A DNA stretch of 54,689 nucleotides from Acidobacteriota bacterium (GCA_051001345.1 JBPCNK010000201.1:1-54689); one strand, 5' to 3'; shown: positions 30,121 to 39,507, counted from the stretch's first letter. Made by a program: numbers and translations. Notes: generated by a model not told the origin, from the sequence alone.

Positions 30121-30489
30121 ATGACCCCAAAAGCAAAACTGAAATTGATCTGTGGAGCCATCGAGGACAAGCAGGGCCAGGACGTTCGAATCTTGGACAT
30201 ATCCAAGGTCTCAAGCTTCACCGATTATTTTGTCCTGTGCACCGCCAACAACCCTCGCCAGAGCCAAAGTATCGCCGACGAGATCGAAGCCCGTCTCAAG
30301 AAGGAGAGTGTCCGCCCGTCGCACATCGAGGGCCGGCGCTCCAATGACTGGGTGCTGCTCGACTACGGCGACATCGTCGTGCATATTTTCTCACCCGCCT
30401 ACCGCAGCTTCTACGCGCTTGAACGACTGTGGAGCGACGGCAAGACCATCGACCCGGGAATCCTGCAAAGCCGAAAAAGCAGGGGTTAG
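30121..30489 (+). CDS. rsfS: Ribosome silencing factor RsfS
   Basis: AIEDKQGQDVRILDISKVSSFTDYFVLCTANNPRQSQSIADEI...DWVLLDYGDIVVHIF. Confidence 0.9.
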   Translation: MTPKAKLKLICGAIEDKQGQDVRILDISKVSSFTDYFVLCTANNPRQSQSIADEIEARLKKESVRPSHIEGRRSNDWVLLDYGDIVVHIFSPAYRSFYALERLWSDGKTIDPGILQSRKSRG

Positions 30490-30511
30490 GGGTCAGGGGT
30501 TAGGGGTCAGG
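30479..30511. repeat. AGGGGTY heptamer array overlapping the rsfS stop codon
   Basis: GCAGGGGTTAGGGGTCAGGGGTTAGGGGTCAGG. The stop TAG (30487-30489) is part of one unit. Confidence 0.95.
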
Positions 30512-30532
30512 CTCACCCTATCCAGGGCTGCT

Positions 30533-31009
30533 ATGAAGATTCAGGTGGTTTGGGCGGGCAAGACGCGTAATCCGGACTGGCGCAAACTCCAGGACGAGTA
30601 TGCCGGCAGGATTCGCCGGTACACTTCCCTTTCAATCGACGAGGTGCGCGAAGCCGGCCGGCCTGACCAGGCCGGAAACCAGCCGGCGATCCTGGCCGTT
30701 GAAGGGGAGCGTCTCGCTTCGGCCATCGCAGCCGGCGCCGTTGTCGTGGTGCTCGACGAGCAGGGACAGGCCTGGACAACCGGTGTGTTCCAGGAATGGA
30801 TGGAGGGTCTCCAAAACCGCGGCGTCAAGCAAGTCAGCTTTCTCGTCGGAGGATTTCTGGGAATGGCTCCTGAACTCAAGTCGCGCGCCGATGTGAGGCT
30901 GGCGCTGTCGCCGCTGACGTTGCCGCACGAAATGGCGCGCGTGGTGTTGCTCGAACAGATCTACCGTGTTCTGTCGATGCTGCGCGGCCATCCGTATCAC
31001 AAGGCATAG
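30533..31009 (+). CDS. rlmH: 23S rRNA (pseudouridine1915-N3)-methyltransferase RlmH
   Basis: MKIQVVWAGKTRNPDW...LDE.G...S..F...GG..G...LSLS.LT.PH...R..L.EQ.YR (SPOUT fold). ATG 30533 lies within track ORF 30152..31009. Confidence 0.85.
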   Translation: MKIQVVWAGKTRNPDWRKLQDEYAGRIRRYTSLSIDEVREAGRPDQAGNQPAILAVEGERLASAIAAGAVVVVLDEQGQAWTTGVFQEWMEGLQNRGVKQVSFLVGGFLGMAPELKSRADVRLALSPLTLPHEMARVVLLEQIYRVLSMLRGHPYHKA

Positions 31010-31027
31010 TCGCCAGGCGCCGTTCAA

Positions 31028-31164
31028 GTGGCAAGTGATCAGTGGCAGGAATACAAGGAAGACCTTAAGGGATCAATCCGCAATTCCCCAATCGGCAATA
31101 AATCCGCAATCCGCAATCCGCAATCCGCAATTCAATCCCCATTCCCCAATCCCCAATCCCCAAT
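31028..31164. repeat. Inverted copy of the 27475-27508 module, then long AATCCGC and AATCCCC heptamer arrays
   Basis: GTGGCAAGTGATCAGTGGCAGGAAT at 31028-31052. AATCCGC x4-5 at about 31100-31130. (A/T)TCCCCA x4 at about 31133-31164. Confidence 0.95.
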
Positions 31165-31233
31165 TTTCGATTTTTGATTGGTTCCTCAATTTCGCGTCGT
31201 ACACCGCCCGCTCCAAGCGTAACAGTGTTCGAA

Positions 31234-31878
31234 ATGACAGTAGACACCGTCCTGAATTTCCTCTTTCCCGAGGCATGCGCTCTGTGCGGCAGTCTGGTCG
31301 AAGAATTCAGGTTTGATTGCCTGTGCCGCAACTGTTGGCAAAAACTTCGCGACGGCTTGCGCCCCGTGGCGAACCACGACCTCGAGGCGGCCGGTTGGTA
31401 CGGCGGATTGCTTGAAGAGGCCATCCGCCTGATGAAATACCGCGGCCGGCGGGGACTGGCGCGCGGGCTGGGCGACTTGCTGGCGGAGCGCTGGTTTTCG
31501 GTGGCGCGAACGGAGGGCTGCTGGCAGGTTATTCCGATTCCGCTGCATCCGTCACGGTTGCGTAGGCGGGGTTACAATCAGGCCGAGTTGCTGGCCCGCC
31601 GGTTGGCGCGGGCCGGTGGCTTTCCGCTGTGCAGCCGGGCCCTGCGCCGCACCCGGAAGACCCAGTCGCAGGCCGGCCTGTCCGATCGCCAGCGTCATGA
31701 TAACGTGCGGGGCGCCTTTGAGGTTCGACGTCCGCGCCAGGTGCGCAATAGCGACGTGATCCTGGTCGACGACGTCGTCACAACCGGCGCGACCGTTGAA
31801 AGCTGCCGCAAAGCCCTGGTAGCAGCCGGCGCCGCCCGCGTGGTCGTCCTCGCCCTGGCCCGGGCGCCGCGCTGGTGA
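31234..31878 (+). CDS. ComF family protein (phosphoribosyltransferase-like)
   Basis: N-terminal Cys pairs CALCGS...CLCRNC. GYNQAELLAR. VILVDDVVTTGAT (PRPP-binding loop). ATG 31234 preferred. Confidence 0.8.
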   Translation: MTVDTVLNFLFPEACALCGSLVEEFRFDCLCRNCWQKLRDGLRPVANHDLEAAGWYGGLLEEAIRLMKYRGRRGLARGLGDLLAERWFSVARTEGCWQVIPIPLHPSRLRRRGYNQAELLARRLARAGGFPLCSRALRRTRKTQSQAGLSDRQRHDNVRGAFEVRRPRQVRNSDVILVDDVVTTGATVESCRKALVAAGAARVVVLALARAPRW

Positions 31879-31896
31879 AGCGTGTATCATAGAACC

Positions 31897-32358
31897 ATGG
31901 ATGTCAGGATCTGTATTCCCGTATTGGCCGCCGTACTTGTGGCCTGCGCCCCAGTACAGAGCACGGAGGCGCCCGTGGCGAAAAGAACAGAGGCGGAACT
32001 GGCCTGCGAACTGAAGCTATCCCGTCGCAGTGTGCAATCAGGCGTGCCGGAAATCGAAGCAACTTTCAGCGTCCGAAGCGCCACCGAAGTACCGGTGCGG
32101 GTTACGTTTAACAGCGGACAGAGCTACGACTTTCGGCTGCGCGATTCGGAAGGCAAGGAACTGTGGCGCTGGTCGAGCGGACGCATATTTGCAATGGTGG
32201 TTATCGAGAAGGAACTGGGACCCGATGGATGGACCTTTCGCGAGAAGATCCCGCTCGGCGCACAGGGATCGAACCTGACGCCCGGTCGTTACCAGGTCGT
32301 TGCCGAGCTGGCGGCTTCTCCGGCGGTGCGATGCGAAGCCGGGCTGGACGTTCGTTAG
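31897..32358 (+). CDS. Lipoprotein, BsuPI-like proteinase-inhibitor fold (tentative)
   Basis: Lipobox-like AAVLVAC. FNSGQSYDFRLRDSEGKELWRWS resembles the BsuPI motif as I recall it. Confidence 0.45.
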   Translation: MDVRICIPVLAAVLVACAPVQSTEAPVAKRTEAELACELKLSRRSVQSGVPEIEATFSVRSATEVPVRVTFNSGQSYDFRLRDSEGKELWRWSSGRIFAMVVIEKELGPDGWTFREKIPLGAQGSNLTPGRYQVVAELAASPAVRCEAGLDVR

Positions 32359-32359
32359 A

Positions 32360-32478
32360 CAGGCTCCAGGCTTCAGGCTTCAGGGTACGAGGAATTGCGA
32401 CTTCAATCGCAATAGTACCCTTTGGATCAACCCGCAATCGGCAATTCCCTGGAGCCTGAAGCCCGGCCGGAGCCTGAG
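32360..32478. repeat. Palindromic element with AGGCTYC arms and an inner ATTGCGA/TCGCAAT hairpin
   Basis: CAGGCTCCAGGCTTCAGGCTTCAGGG (32360-32385) versus CCCTGGAGCCTGAAGCCCGGCCGGAGCCTGAG (32447-32478). Confidence 0.9.
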
Positions 32479-32547
32479 CTTTGTCCTGGGCAGGTTTTCG
32501 CCTATAATGTGAGGCCCAGAGGGGGGGATTGTTAGAAGGGGCTATTC

Positions 32548-32925
32548 GTGGCAAAGGACGCTCCAAAGGATGTACGAAGGGGTCTTCGCTTCTCCATCCT
32601 GATCCGTCAGATCCGGGTCGAGAGCGGCAGCGAAGTTTTCTTCGGATATGCCAGCAACATCAGCATCGGTGGGATGTACGTCCAGACGATCAATCCGAAA
32701 CCTCCCGGTTTCGAAGTGACAGTCCGCTTTAACCTTCCCAAAGACGACGCACCGCTCGAATGTCTGAGCGCGGTTGTGTGGAGTCAGGAATACGACTCGG
32801 TCAAGTGCCGGAAGCCCGGCATGGGACTCCGCTTCCTCAATATTACCGAGGCGGACCGCGAACGCATTACTGCGTTTCTGGAAAAGCAGGTTTACGACCG
32901 GAACCTGGATATCGTACAGACGTAA
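32548..32925 (+). CDS. PilZ domain protein (c-di-GMP binding)
   Basis: RRGLR (RxxxR) and NISIGG (D/NxSxxG) motifs. GTG start. Confidence 0.8.
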   Translation: MAKDAPKDVRRGLRFSILIRQIRVESGSEVFFGYASNISIGGMYVQTINPKPPGFEVTVRFNLPKDDAPLECLSAVVWSQEYDSVKCRKPGMGLRFLNITEADRERITAFLEKQVYDRNLDIVQT

Positions 32926-32930
32926 GAAGT

Positions 32931-32952
32931 GCAGTGGCCAGTGGCCAGTGCC
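32931..32952. repeat. CCAGTGG heptamer array (short)
   Basis: GCAGTGGCCAGTGGCCAGTGCC, directly after the PilZ gene stop. Confidence 0.9.
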
Positions 32953-33019
32953 GCGCCCGGGAGGGTGCGGGTCCTCTTCAAGAATCTGCCGCGAATTGAT
33001 TCAGCTGACCGTTGTCAAA

Positions 33020-33541
33020 TCAGATAAACATTTCCTCATCGTCGGCGGAGCGTTTCTCGCCCAGTTGACCCTTGCGTGACATCAGAAACTCCACCCCTTC
33101 GCGGATGCCGCGGATGATGGAAGAAATCTCGACGACGGGCATCAGAACGTCGCGCTGCAATACCGCGGTCGTTTTTTCAAACTTTTCCGCCGTGTCGGTC
33201 ACGACAAAATCGAGCTTGGCGAGCTGAGAGCGAACCGTCTCGGTTGCCTGAAGCGCGACCTGGCTGATCTCCGCAGAGGTATCCCGAGCCGTTGCCGAGA
33301 TGGCGCCGACGTTGGCTGCGATTGACTGCGCCAGGGCGGCCAGTGGCTTGAGCGAGCGGACCAAGTCGTTGGCTCCCAGGAGCAGTACATCGACTCGCTT
33401 GCGCATCTGGTCGGAGGCGTCCGTTACACGTTGGGAAACATCCCGGACGCGGGTTGCAATCAGGAAAACCGCCACCGCCTGAGTCAGAAATGCGACGGCG
33501 GTGACGGCGACAAAAACAATCAACCAGGTTTCATGCGACAC
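33020..33541 (-). CDS. Membrane-anchored coiled-coil protein (DUF948-like, tentative)
   Basis: One N-terminal TM helix (WLIVFVAVTAVAFLTQAVAVFLI), then a helical low-complexity region. Adjacent to the YtxH gene. Confidence 0.45.
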   Translation of the reverse strand: MSHETWLIVFVAVTAVAFLTQAVAVFLIATRVRDVSQRVTDASDQMRKRVDVLLLGANDLVRSLKPLAALAQSIAANVGAISATARDTSAEISQVALQATETVRSQLAKLDFVVTDTAEKFEKTTAVLQRDVLMPVVEISSIIRGIREGVEFLMSRKGQLGEKRSADDEEMFI

Positions 33542-33557
33542 GGGATGGCTCGGCCCC

Positions 33558-33902
33558 TTACTCGGTAGCTGTTTCTCGACCCAGCTTGCCTTTTTCTTCG
33601 CGGTAGGCCTGCTTGCCCGCCTCGATGGCCGCAGCTAGTTGTTCTTTCTGTTTGGACAGAACTTCCTTGCCGCGGTCGACATAACCGGTGGCCTTCTCCT
33701 GGACGTCGCGTGCACCGCCGCCCACATAGTCGGCAGCTTGACGTCCGCGCTCACCAATAAGATCGACTCCCTCGCGGGCTTTGCCCGCTATCAGTTCACG
33801 GGTTTCCAGGCCACTCTTCGGCGCAAACAGCAGCGCAACGGAGGCGCCGACAAATCCGCCGATCAAAAAATACAGAAACTTCTCGCCCGAATTGTCATTC
33901 AT
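33558..33902 (-). CDS. YtxH domain protein
   Basis: Internal ATG at 33902. FLYFLIGGFVGASVALLFAPKSGLETRE is the YtxH signature. Confidence 0.75.
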   Translation of the reverse strand: MNDNSGEKFLYFLIGGFVGASVALLFAPKSGLETRELIAGKAREGVDLIGERGRQAADYVGGGARDVQEKATGYVDRGKEVLSKQKEQLAAAIEAGKQAYREEKGKLGRETATE

Positions 33903-33983
33903 TTCAAATGTCTCCCTGTGTGGCTCGCTGTCATGGATCACCTGTAAACCGTAGCATCGCATTGGGAGTAAGTCAATTTAGTA

Positions 33984-34014
33984 CCAGTGGCCAGTGGCCA
34001 GTGGCCAGTGGTGG
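33984..34014. repeat. CCAGTGG x4 heptamer array
   Basis: CCAGTGGCCAGTGGCCAGTGGCCAGTGGTGG. Confidence 0.95.
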
Positions 34015-34080
34015 CGCCGGCCGCCTGGCCGGTGGCTTTTGCTTGATTCTCCTGTCCCTGTGCCAGTTTTGTGTGCCACC

Positions 34081-34893
34081 TTACTTCCAAAATTCATAGA
34101 AATGCCCGAGCGGGCCTCGCCCGCCGCCGATCCGAAACGACGCCTGCAGGGCTGCCGTAACGTAGGCTTTCCCCTTGTGGCATGCCTCTTCGAGGTCGTG
34201 TCCGTGCCCTAGGAATGCCGCGATCGCCGAAGCCAGCGTGCAACCTGCGCCGTGCGCGTTGGCCGTCTGGATGCGCTCACCCGAAATCCGTTGAATCGCG
34301 CGGCCATCGAAGTAAACGTCGACGGCAGCGCCTTCCAGATGGCCGCCTTTGACCAGCACGGCAGTTGATCCGAACGAGTGAATAGCACGGGCGGCCGCTT
34401 CCATGTCCGCAACCGATCTGATTTCCAGTTCCGAAAGCACTTCGGCTTCCCGCAGATTAGGAGTGACCAGTCGAGCCAGCGGGAACAGATGACGGCGCAA
34501 ACTGTCGATGGCGTCAGTCTGCAGGAGTATATCTCCACTGCTGGCGGCCAGCACCGGATCGACGACCAGCTTACCGGCGCCAAGCTGGTGGAGTTTGGCG
34601 GCTACGGCTTCGACGATGGCGCGGGTGCTGAGCATACCCGTCTTGATGGCATCGGCTCCCACATCGCTCAGAACGGCGTCGATTTGGCGTTCGATGACGT
34701 CGACAGACACGTCGTAGGTGGCGGTTACGCCGAGCGTATTTTGTGCCGTGACCGATGTCAGCACCGACATGCCGTGGCAGCGCAGCGCAGCGAACGTCTT
34801 CAAATCAGCTTGGATGCCGGCGCAGCCGGCGCTATCGGAGCCGGCGATCGTCAGCAGCTTGGGTAGTGTGGAATAGTCGCTGCAGCCGGTCAT
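34081..34893 (-). CDS. thiD: Hydroxymethylpyrimidine/phosphomethylpyrimidine kinase
   Basis: LLTIAGSDSAGCAGIQADLKTF...VTAQNT.GV...KTGML...VVDPV...GAGCTLASAIAA. ATG 34893 overlaps the usp stop (ATGA). Confidence 0.9.
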   Translation of the reverse strand: MTGCSDYSTLPKLLTIAGSDSAGCAGIQADLKTFAALRCHGMSVLTSVTAQNTLGVTATYDVSVDVIERQIDAVLSDVGADAIKTGMLSTRAIVEAVAAKLHQLGAGKLVVDPVLAASSGDILLQTDAIDSLRRHLFPLARLVTPNLREAEVLSELEIRSVADMEAAARAIHSFGSTAVLVKGGHLEGAAVDVYFDGRAIQRISGERIQTANAHGAGCTLASAIAAFLGHGHDLEEACHKGKAYVTAALQASFRIGGGRGPLGHFYEFWK

Positions 34894-35333
34894 GAATCGG
34901 CGGGCAAATTGACCAGCAGGATGGGAAGGTGCAGCCTGCGCAAGACTTTTTCGGTAACGGATCCGAACAACGCGCGCTCCAGGAAGCTCTTGCCGTGCGT
35001 CCCCATGACGACAATATCGGCGTGATGCTGACGGCAGGCCTGCAGGATTCCGTCCAAGGGCCGGCCGACCAGCAACATTTTTCCCCATTGTGGCTGCGGG
35101 CCAAAGTCCTGGAGGAAGTCATCCATTTCGCGCTCGGCCAGGTGTTGCAACTCCAGTTCTACGCCATGGGCCTGCGAGGGAATCACCAGGGAGGCATACG
35201 CCGGCATGACGCTTTCAATGACATGGACAATCACCAGCCGGGCGTCATGCTTGTCGGCCAACGATGCCGCGAATTTCAGCGCGCGCTCTGCAAATGGAGA
35301 AAAGTCGATGGGGCACACGATGGTCTTGATCAT
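34890..35333 (-). CDS. Universal stress protein (UspA family)
   Basis: IVCPIDFS...A..L....A.L.IVHV...VVMGTHGKSFLERALFGSVTEKVLR. Confidence 0.85.
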   Translation of the reverse strand: MIKTIVCPIDFSPFAERALKFAASLADKHDARLVIVHVIESVMPAYASLVIPSQAHGVELELQHLAEREMDDFLQDFGPQPQWGKMLLVGRPLDGILQACRQHHADIVVMGTHGKSFLERALFGSVTEKVLRRLHLPILLVNLPADS

Positions 35334-36397
35334 TGCAGTTTCAGATCGTCCTTGAACTCAGTCTTGTAAATATCCATAAACACCAGCAACAGCCCGACAA
35401 CGACCGGACCCAGCACCAACCCGGAGAATCCGAACACGCTTAATCCACCCAGCACTCCGAAGAAAATCAGCAGAACGTGCATTCCTTTTGAGGTTCCCTG
35501 GATGACCAGCGGACGGACCACATTGTCAACCATCCCGATCAGCAGCGAACCGGCTGCCACCAGCACCAGGCCCTTGACCACATGCCCAGTCAGCATCAGA
35601 AACAGGGTGATCGGCACCCAGACAGCGGCCGTTCCGATGACCGGCACCAGCGAAAAAACGGCTGTCGTGGCCGCCCACAACACTGCGTGGGGAACTCCTA
35701 GAATCCAGTAAATCAACCCGGCCAGCACGCCTTGCACCAAGCCAGTCACGTAGGTGCTGATAAACGTTGCGCGGATCACCTCGGCAAAACTTTCCAAAAT
35801 CCTTTCTTTGTATTCGGGCGCCAGGGGAACGCACTCCCCCAGTTCCTTGCGCAGCGTCCTTCCGTCGCGGAAGAGGAAAAACAGCGTGAAGATCGTGATG
35901 AAAAAATCCATGATCAGTCCAGCCAGTCCGCCTAGGATGCCCAAGCTGTGAGCGGCCATGAAAGCTCCGGCTGTCTGCAATGCGGACTTGATCCCCTCTC
36001 GCGTTTCGGCGCGATCCAGATGCAGGGCGCGTTCGGCGCTTTCCACCGCGCGTCCCAACGTGCCGCGGCCCGCCTGAAAATCCGCCAGCGTGCCTTGCAT
36101 GCCGCCCTGCAGGTTCTGGTAGGTGTCGACGATCTGCTGCGAGACGATGATCAACAGTGCGACCAGTGGAAGAATGATCACCAAAGTAATCCCCAGGCAC
36201 ATCACCGCGGCCGCGGCGTTGGGGCGGCGCCCCATTCTTTTGGAAAGCTTCTCGTAGGTGCGGAAAAACAGCGTTGCCAGGATGACGGCAAACACGAGCG
36301 GTGTGAAGAATGGCTCGAGGACTCTCGCGAACAGGTACAGGATGAAGAGGCAGCAGACGACAAAGAACACCGTAGAGAGTTTAGAGTGCGGATGCAT
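35330..36397 (-). CDS. AI-2E family transporter (PerM/UPF0118)
   Basis: Multi-TM protein with the typical PerM topology. ATG 36397 is preferred over GTG 36424. Overlaps the nth 3' end. Confidence 0.75.
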   Translation of the reverse strand: MHPHSKLSTVFFVVCCLFILYLFARVLEPFFTPLVFAVILATLFFRTYEKLSKRMGRRPNAAAAVMCLGITLVIILPLVALLIIVSQQIVDTYQNLQGGMQGTLADFQAGRGTLGRAVESAERALHLDRAETREGIKSALQTAGAFMAAHSLGILGGLAGLIMDFFITIFTLFFLFRDGRTLRKELGECVPLAPEYKERILESFAEVIRATFISTYVTGLVQGVLAGLIYWILGVPHAVLWAATTAVFSLVPVIGTAAVWVPITLFLMLTGHVVKGLVLVAAGSLLIGMVDNVVRPLVIQGTSKGMHVLLIFFGVLGGLSVFGFSGLVLGPVVVGLLLVFMDIYKTEFKDDLKLQ

Positions 36398-37067
36398 GCT
36401 TATAGGTTTCCTGGTAGTAGACACACAGATCGGTCAGAGGACATAGAGGACATTTCGGTTTGCGCGCCTGGCAAATCTGCCGGCCGTGATCGATCAAAAG
36501 AAACGACAACTTGATCCAGTCCTGGCGGGGAAACAGTCCCATCAGATCGGACTCGATCTTCTTGGGATCGGCATGCCGGCTGAATCCCAGCCGAGCCGAG
36601 AGACGCTTTACATGGGTGTCAACGACGACCCCGTCGGCGATTCCAAAGGCGGTGCCCAATACGACATTGGCTGTCTTGCGCGCCACTCCCGGCAGTTGGA
36701 GTAGCTGCTCCATGGTTTGCGGCGCCTTCCCGCCGTGTTCCTCGACGATCTTGCGCGCGCAGCCCTGGATGGCGCGCGCCTTGTTCCGAAAAAACCCCGT
36801 AGAACGGATGATCTGCTCCAGTTCGTCCGGGTTGCTGTCGGCCAGTGCGGCGGCAGTCGGGTATCTCTTGAACAAGGAGGGAGTGACCAGGTTGACCCGT
36901 ACGTCGGTGCATTGGGCCGACAGAATCGTCGCCACGAGGAGCTGCAAAGATGAGCGATGCTTTAAAGCGCAATGCGCGTCCGGATAGAGCTTTTTGAGCC
37001 GTCCGACAATTTTCCTGCAGCGCTCAACGTCGGCTGCTTTTTTCCGGGGCCCCATTGTGGCAGCCAT
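36381..37067 (-). CDS. nth: Endonuclease III
   Basis: LVATILSAQCTD..VN, the HhH-GPD motif LPGVARKTANVVL, and the C-terminal 4Fe-4S cluster C..RKPKCPLCPL...C. Confidence 0.9.
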   Translation of the reverse strand: MAATMGPRKKAADVERCRKIVGRLKKLYPDAHCALKHRSSLQLLVATILSAQCTDVRVNLVTPSLFKRYPTAAALADSNPDELEQIIRSTGFFRNKARAIQGCARKIVEEHGGKAPQTMEQLLQLPGVARKTANVVLGTAFGIADGVVVDTHVKRLSARLGFSRHADPKKIESDLMGLFPRQDWIKLSFLLIDHGRQICQARKPKCPLCPLTDLCVYYQETYKHASAL

Positions 37068-37077
37068 GATAGCAGGA

Positions 37078-37315
37078 TTCAGGGGTCAGGATTCAGGGGT
37101 CAGGGTTCAGGGAATCAACAGTGCCCGGCATGTCCGGGCCGCGACCGTAAGGGAGCGGGCAATCTCAGGAACAATTACGGATTGCGAGTACGAGTTACGA
37201 AACGTGAAGTTTGTGCGTCTTAATTCGCAATTCTTACCTCGTAATTCGTACCTCGTAATTCGTAGTTCGAAATGCTGCCATTGATTGCCCACTCGCTTAC
37301 GCTCGTGGCCCGGAC
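37078..37315. repeat. Composite element: CAGGGGT arrays, then a ~185-bp palindrome GTCCGGGCC...GGGCAATC...(TTACGAG)n / (CTCGTAA)n...GATTGCCC...GGCCCGGAC
   Basis: Left arm 37132-37203, right arm 37222-37315. The right end (37270-37315) is 44/46 identical to the reverse complement of 5861-5906. Confidence 0.9.
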
Positions 37316-37429
37316 ATTGCGGCGCCGACTAGATGCTGGAGGTGTAAAAGATCGTCGAGCCGGCCGAGGCCCAAAGGCCACGTCACGCGTATCACACCTT
37401 TTTTCGCTGGCGCGTTGTAAAATAGGGCC

Positions 37430-37675
37430 ATGAAGAAAGCGCTTGTCTCTCTGGCCGCTGGCGCTTCAGTCGTCGTTTTTCTTCAGTGGATGACACCGGA
37501 CGCGCAGGCCACGTTGAAGTACCGCAAAGAAACCGACCGGAAGTGCCTCTTTTGCCATACGGCCATTCCCAAGAGGGGCGCCGAAGATCCCCTGCTAAGC
37601 GAAGACGGCAAGAAGTTCAAAGAGAATGACTACAAACTGACCGACGAACAAAAACGAAAGCCCGATCCGGAATAA
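37430..37675 (+). CDS. Small secreted monohaem c-type cytochrome (tentative)
   Basis: 81 aa. Signal-like N-terminus. A single CLFCH (CxxCH) motif. Lies upstream of the Rieske/cytochrome b genes. Confidence 0.55.
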   Translation: MKKALVSLAAGASVVVFLQWMTPDAQATLKYRKETDRKCLFCHTAIPKRGAEDPLLSEDGKKFKENDYKLTDEQKRKPDPE

Positions 37676-37838
37676 GGACGAAATACGAAGGACGAAGTAC
37701 GAAACACGAAAAGACATCCCGCTGCGCCCCCCCTCTCTTTCCCGTGGTTATGAGGAAACTCCGACACCGTCCTTTGTCCTTCGTCCTTTGTACTACGTCC
37801 TCCAACTCTGAAGCCTGAACCCTGAAGCCTGAAGCCTG
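37675..37838. repeat. GGACGAA-type hairpin (37675-37713 / 37768-37803), then a GAAGCCT array (37809-37838)
   Basis: AAGGACGAAATACGAAGGACGAAGTACGAAACACGAA ... CCGTCCTTTGTCCTTCGTCCTTTGTACTACGTCC ... TGAAGCCTGAACCCTGAAGCCTGAAGCCTG. Confidence 0.9.
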
Positions 37839-37847
37839 CACTAAAGC

Positions 37848-37876
37848 TTGACAGTGCTAGAGGCCTCATATAAAAA
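37848..37876 (+). promoter_or_regulatory. Candidate promoter of the Rieske/cytochrome b operon: TTGACA-N17-TAAAAA
   Basis: TTGACA 37848-37853. An A/T-rich -10 region CATATAAAAAG at 37867-37877. AGGAG at 37923-37927 precedes ATG 37937. Confidence 0.4.
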
Positions 37877-37936
37877 GTTAACTCGGCACGTGACGGTCTT
37901 TTTTTAGGTTTTTAGAGCCTTTAGGAGCAATTATTT

Positions 37937-38539
37937 ATGGACAGTCCTCCGGCGACTGACACGCCCGGGAGTCCTTCCCCGGGTGTATTGACGCGACTGC
38001 GCAACGGCATCGCATCGCTGTCCCAACCGCGCACGACCGATCCCAAGCAAGCCGCCCAGCGTCCGCTGATCCGAAGGCGCAAGTTCGCCATGGCGTGCGT
38101 GTTCGGCTTCCTGGGTGGCAACCTTTTGATGACGCTCCGGTTTTTTTTCCCGCGCGTGCTGTACGAGCCGAGAACGGTTTTCCGCATCGGCTATCCCACG
38201 GATTTCAACTTCGGAGTTGATACCCGATTTCAGAAGGATTATCGGATCTGGGTAGTCAAGAACGCCGGAAAACTGTTTGTCATCTATGCGCGATGCACCC
38301 ACCTGGGCTGCACTCCGGACTGGATCTCCGGCGAGAACAAATTCAAGTGCCCGTGCCACGGCAGCGGCTACGACAGCGATGGGATCAACTTTGAAGGCCC
38401 GGCGCCGCGTCCGATGGACCGTGCCAAGGTGTCGCTGGATGCCGAGGGCCAGATCATTGTCGACACCGGCACGCTCTATGAGTGGCCGAAGGGAATGGAT
38501 ACCGAATTCGATGACCCGGGCTCCTTCCTTGCGGTGTGA
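37937..38539 (+). CDS. Rieske [2Fe-2S] subunit of a cytochrome bc-type complex
   Basis: CTHLGC...CPCHGS Rieske boxes. N-terminal TM helix and a twin-arginine-like IRRRKF. Confidence 0.9.
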   Translation: MDSPPATDTPGSPSPGVLTRLRNGIASLSQPRTTDPKQAAQRPLIRRRKFAMACVFGFLGGNLLMTLRFFFPRVLYEPRTVFRIGYPTDFNFGVDTRFQKDYRIWVVKNAGKLFVIYARCTHLGCTPDWISGENKFKCPCHGSGYDSDGINFEGPAPRPMDRAKVSLDAEGQIIVDTGTLYEWPKGMDTEFDDPGSFLAV

Positions 38540-38601
38540 TCCTGCAAACCCGAGCCGCGACTGAATCCGTTTTCAGCGCTTGTAATCCTGGAGGCTGAAG
38601 T

Positions 38602-39507
38602 ATGGCCGACGAAAAGGACAAACAACTTATTAAGACCGGCGAGGAGAAGCCCGCCCGTACGGGTGTGGCCAAGATCCGCGAGGGACTCCAGCCGCTCGTA
38701 GGGAAAGCCAAGGAAGACCTGGATGCCATCCGAGAGTACAAATCAGGCCAGCTCTGGAAGTCCATCTTTCGGCACAAACTGGACGAAACGCCGCGCAACC
38801 GGTCGCTGGCGGTGCTCACCAACGTATTTCTGCACCTGCACCCCGCCAAGATCAATCGGGATGCCGTGCGTTTCAGCTTCACTTGGGGGATGGGTGGGAT
38901 CACGCTCTATTTGTTTATCGTTCTGACCATCACAGGCATCTTCCTGATGTTCTACTACCACCCTACCAAGATCCAGGCGTATCGGGACATCATGTATCTC
39001 AAGCATGACGTTCCTTTCGGCAACATCCTTCGTAACATGCATCGTTGGGCCGCCCACCTGATGATCATCACCGTCTGGCTTCACATGTTTCGCGTTTATC
39101 TGACGGGTTCGTACAAAACGCCACGCGAGTTCAACTGGGTCGTCGGCGTGATTCTGATGCTGCTGACGCTGTTGCTGTCTTTTACCGGCTACCTGTTGCC
39201 CGACGACCAGTTGGGTTATTGGGCCGTTACGGTTGGGACGAACATGGCGCGAGCCACGCCGATGCTGGGGCACGAAGGACCGTTTGGGCCGGAGCTGGGG
39301 ATGACTGCTTTTAACGATGTGCGTTTTGCGCTGCTGGGTGGTTCGATTGTCGACGCCAACGCGCTGCTGCGGTCCTATATCTGGCACTGCATCGGGATCC
39401 CGTTTATTCTGTCGATTTTTCTGGCCGTGCATTTCTGGCGCGTGCGCAAGGACGGCAGCATTTCGGGACCTGCGCCTGTGGTGCTCGAGTCGGAAATCAA
39501 AAAGTAA
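38602..39507 (+). CDS. Cytochrome b, N-terminal (b6-like) subunit
   Basis: Four-helix core with conserved His residues: NMHRWAAHLMIITVWLHMFRVY, FTGYLLPDDQLGYWA. Confidence 0.9.
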   Translation: MADEKDKQLIKTGEEKPARTGVAKIREGLQPLVGKAKEDLDAIREYKSGQLWKSIFRHKLDETPRNRSLAVLTNVFLHLHPAKINRDAVRFSFTWGMGGITLYLFIVLTITGIFLMFYYHPTKIQAYRDIMYLKHDVPFGNILRNMHRWAAHLMIITVWLHMFRVYLTGSYKTPREFNWVVGVILMLLTLLLSFTGYLLPDDQLGYWAVTVGTNMARATPMLGHEGPFGPELGMTAFNDVRFALLGGSIVDANALLRSYIWHCIGIPFILSIFLAVHFWRVRKDGSISGPAPVVLESEIKK

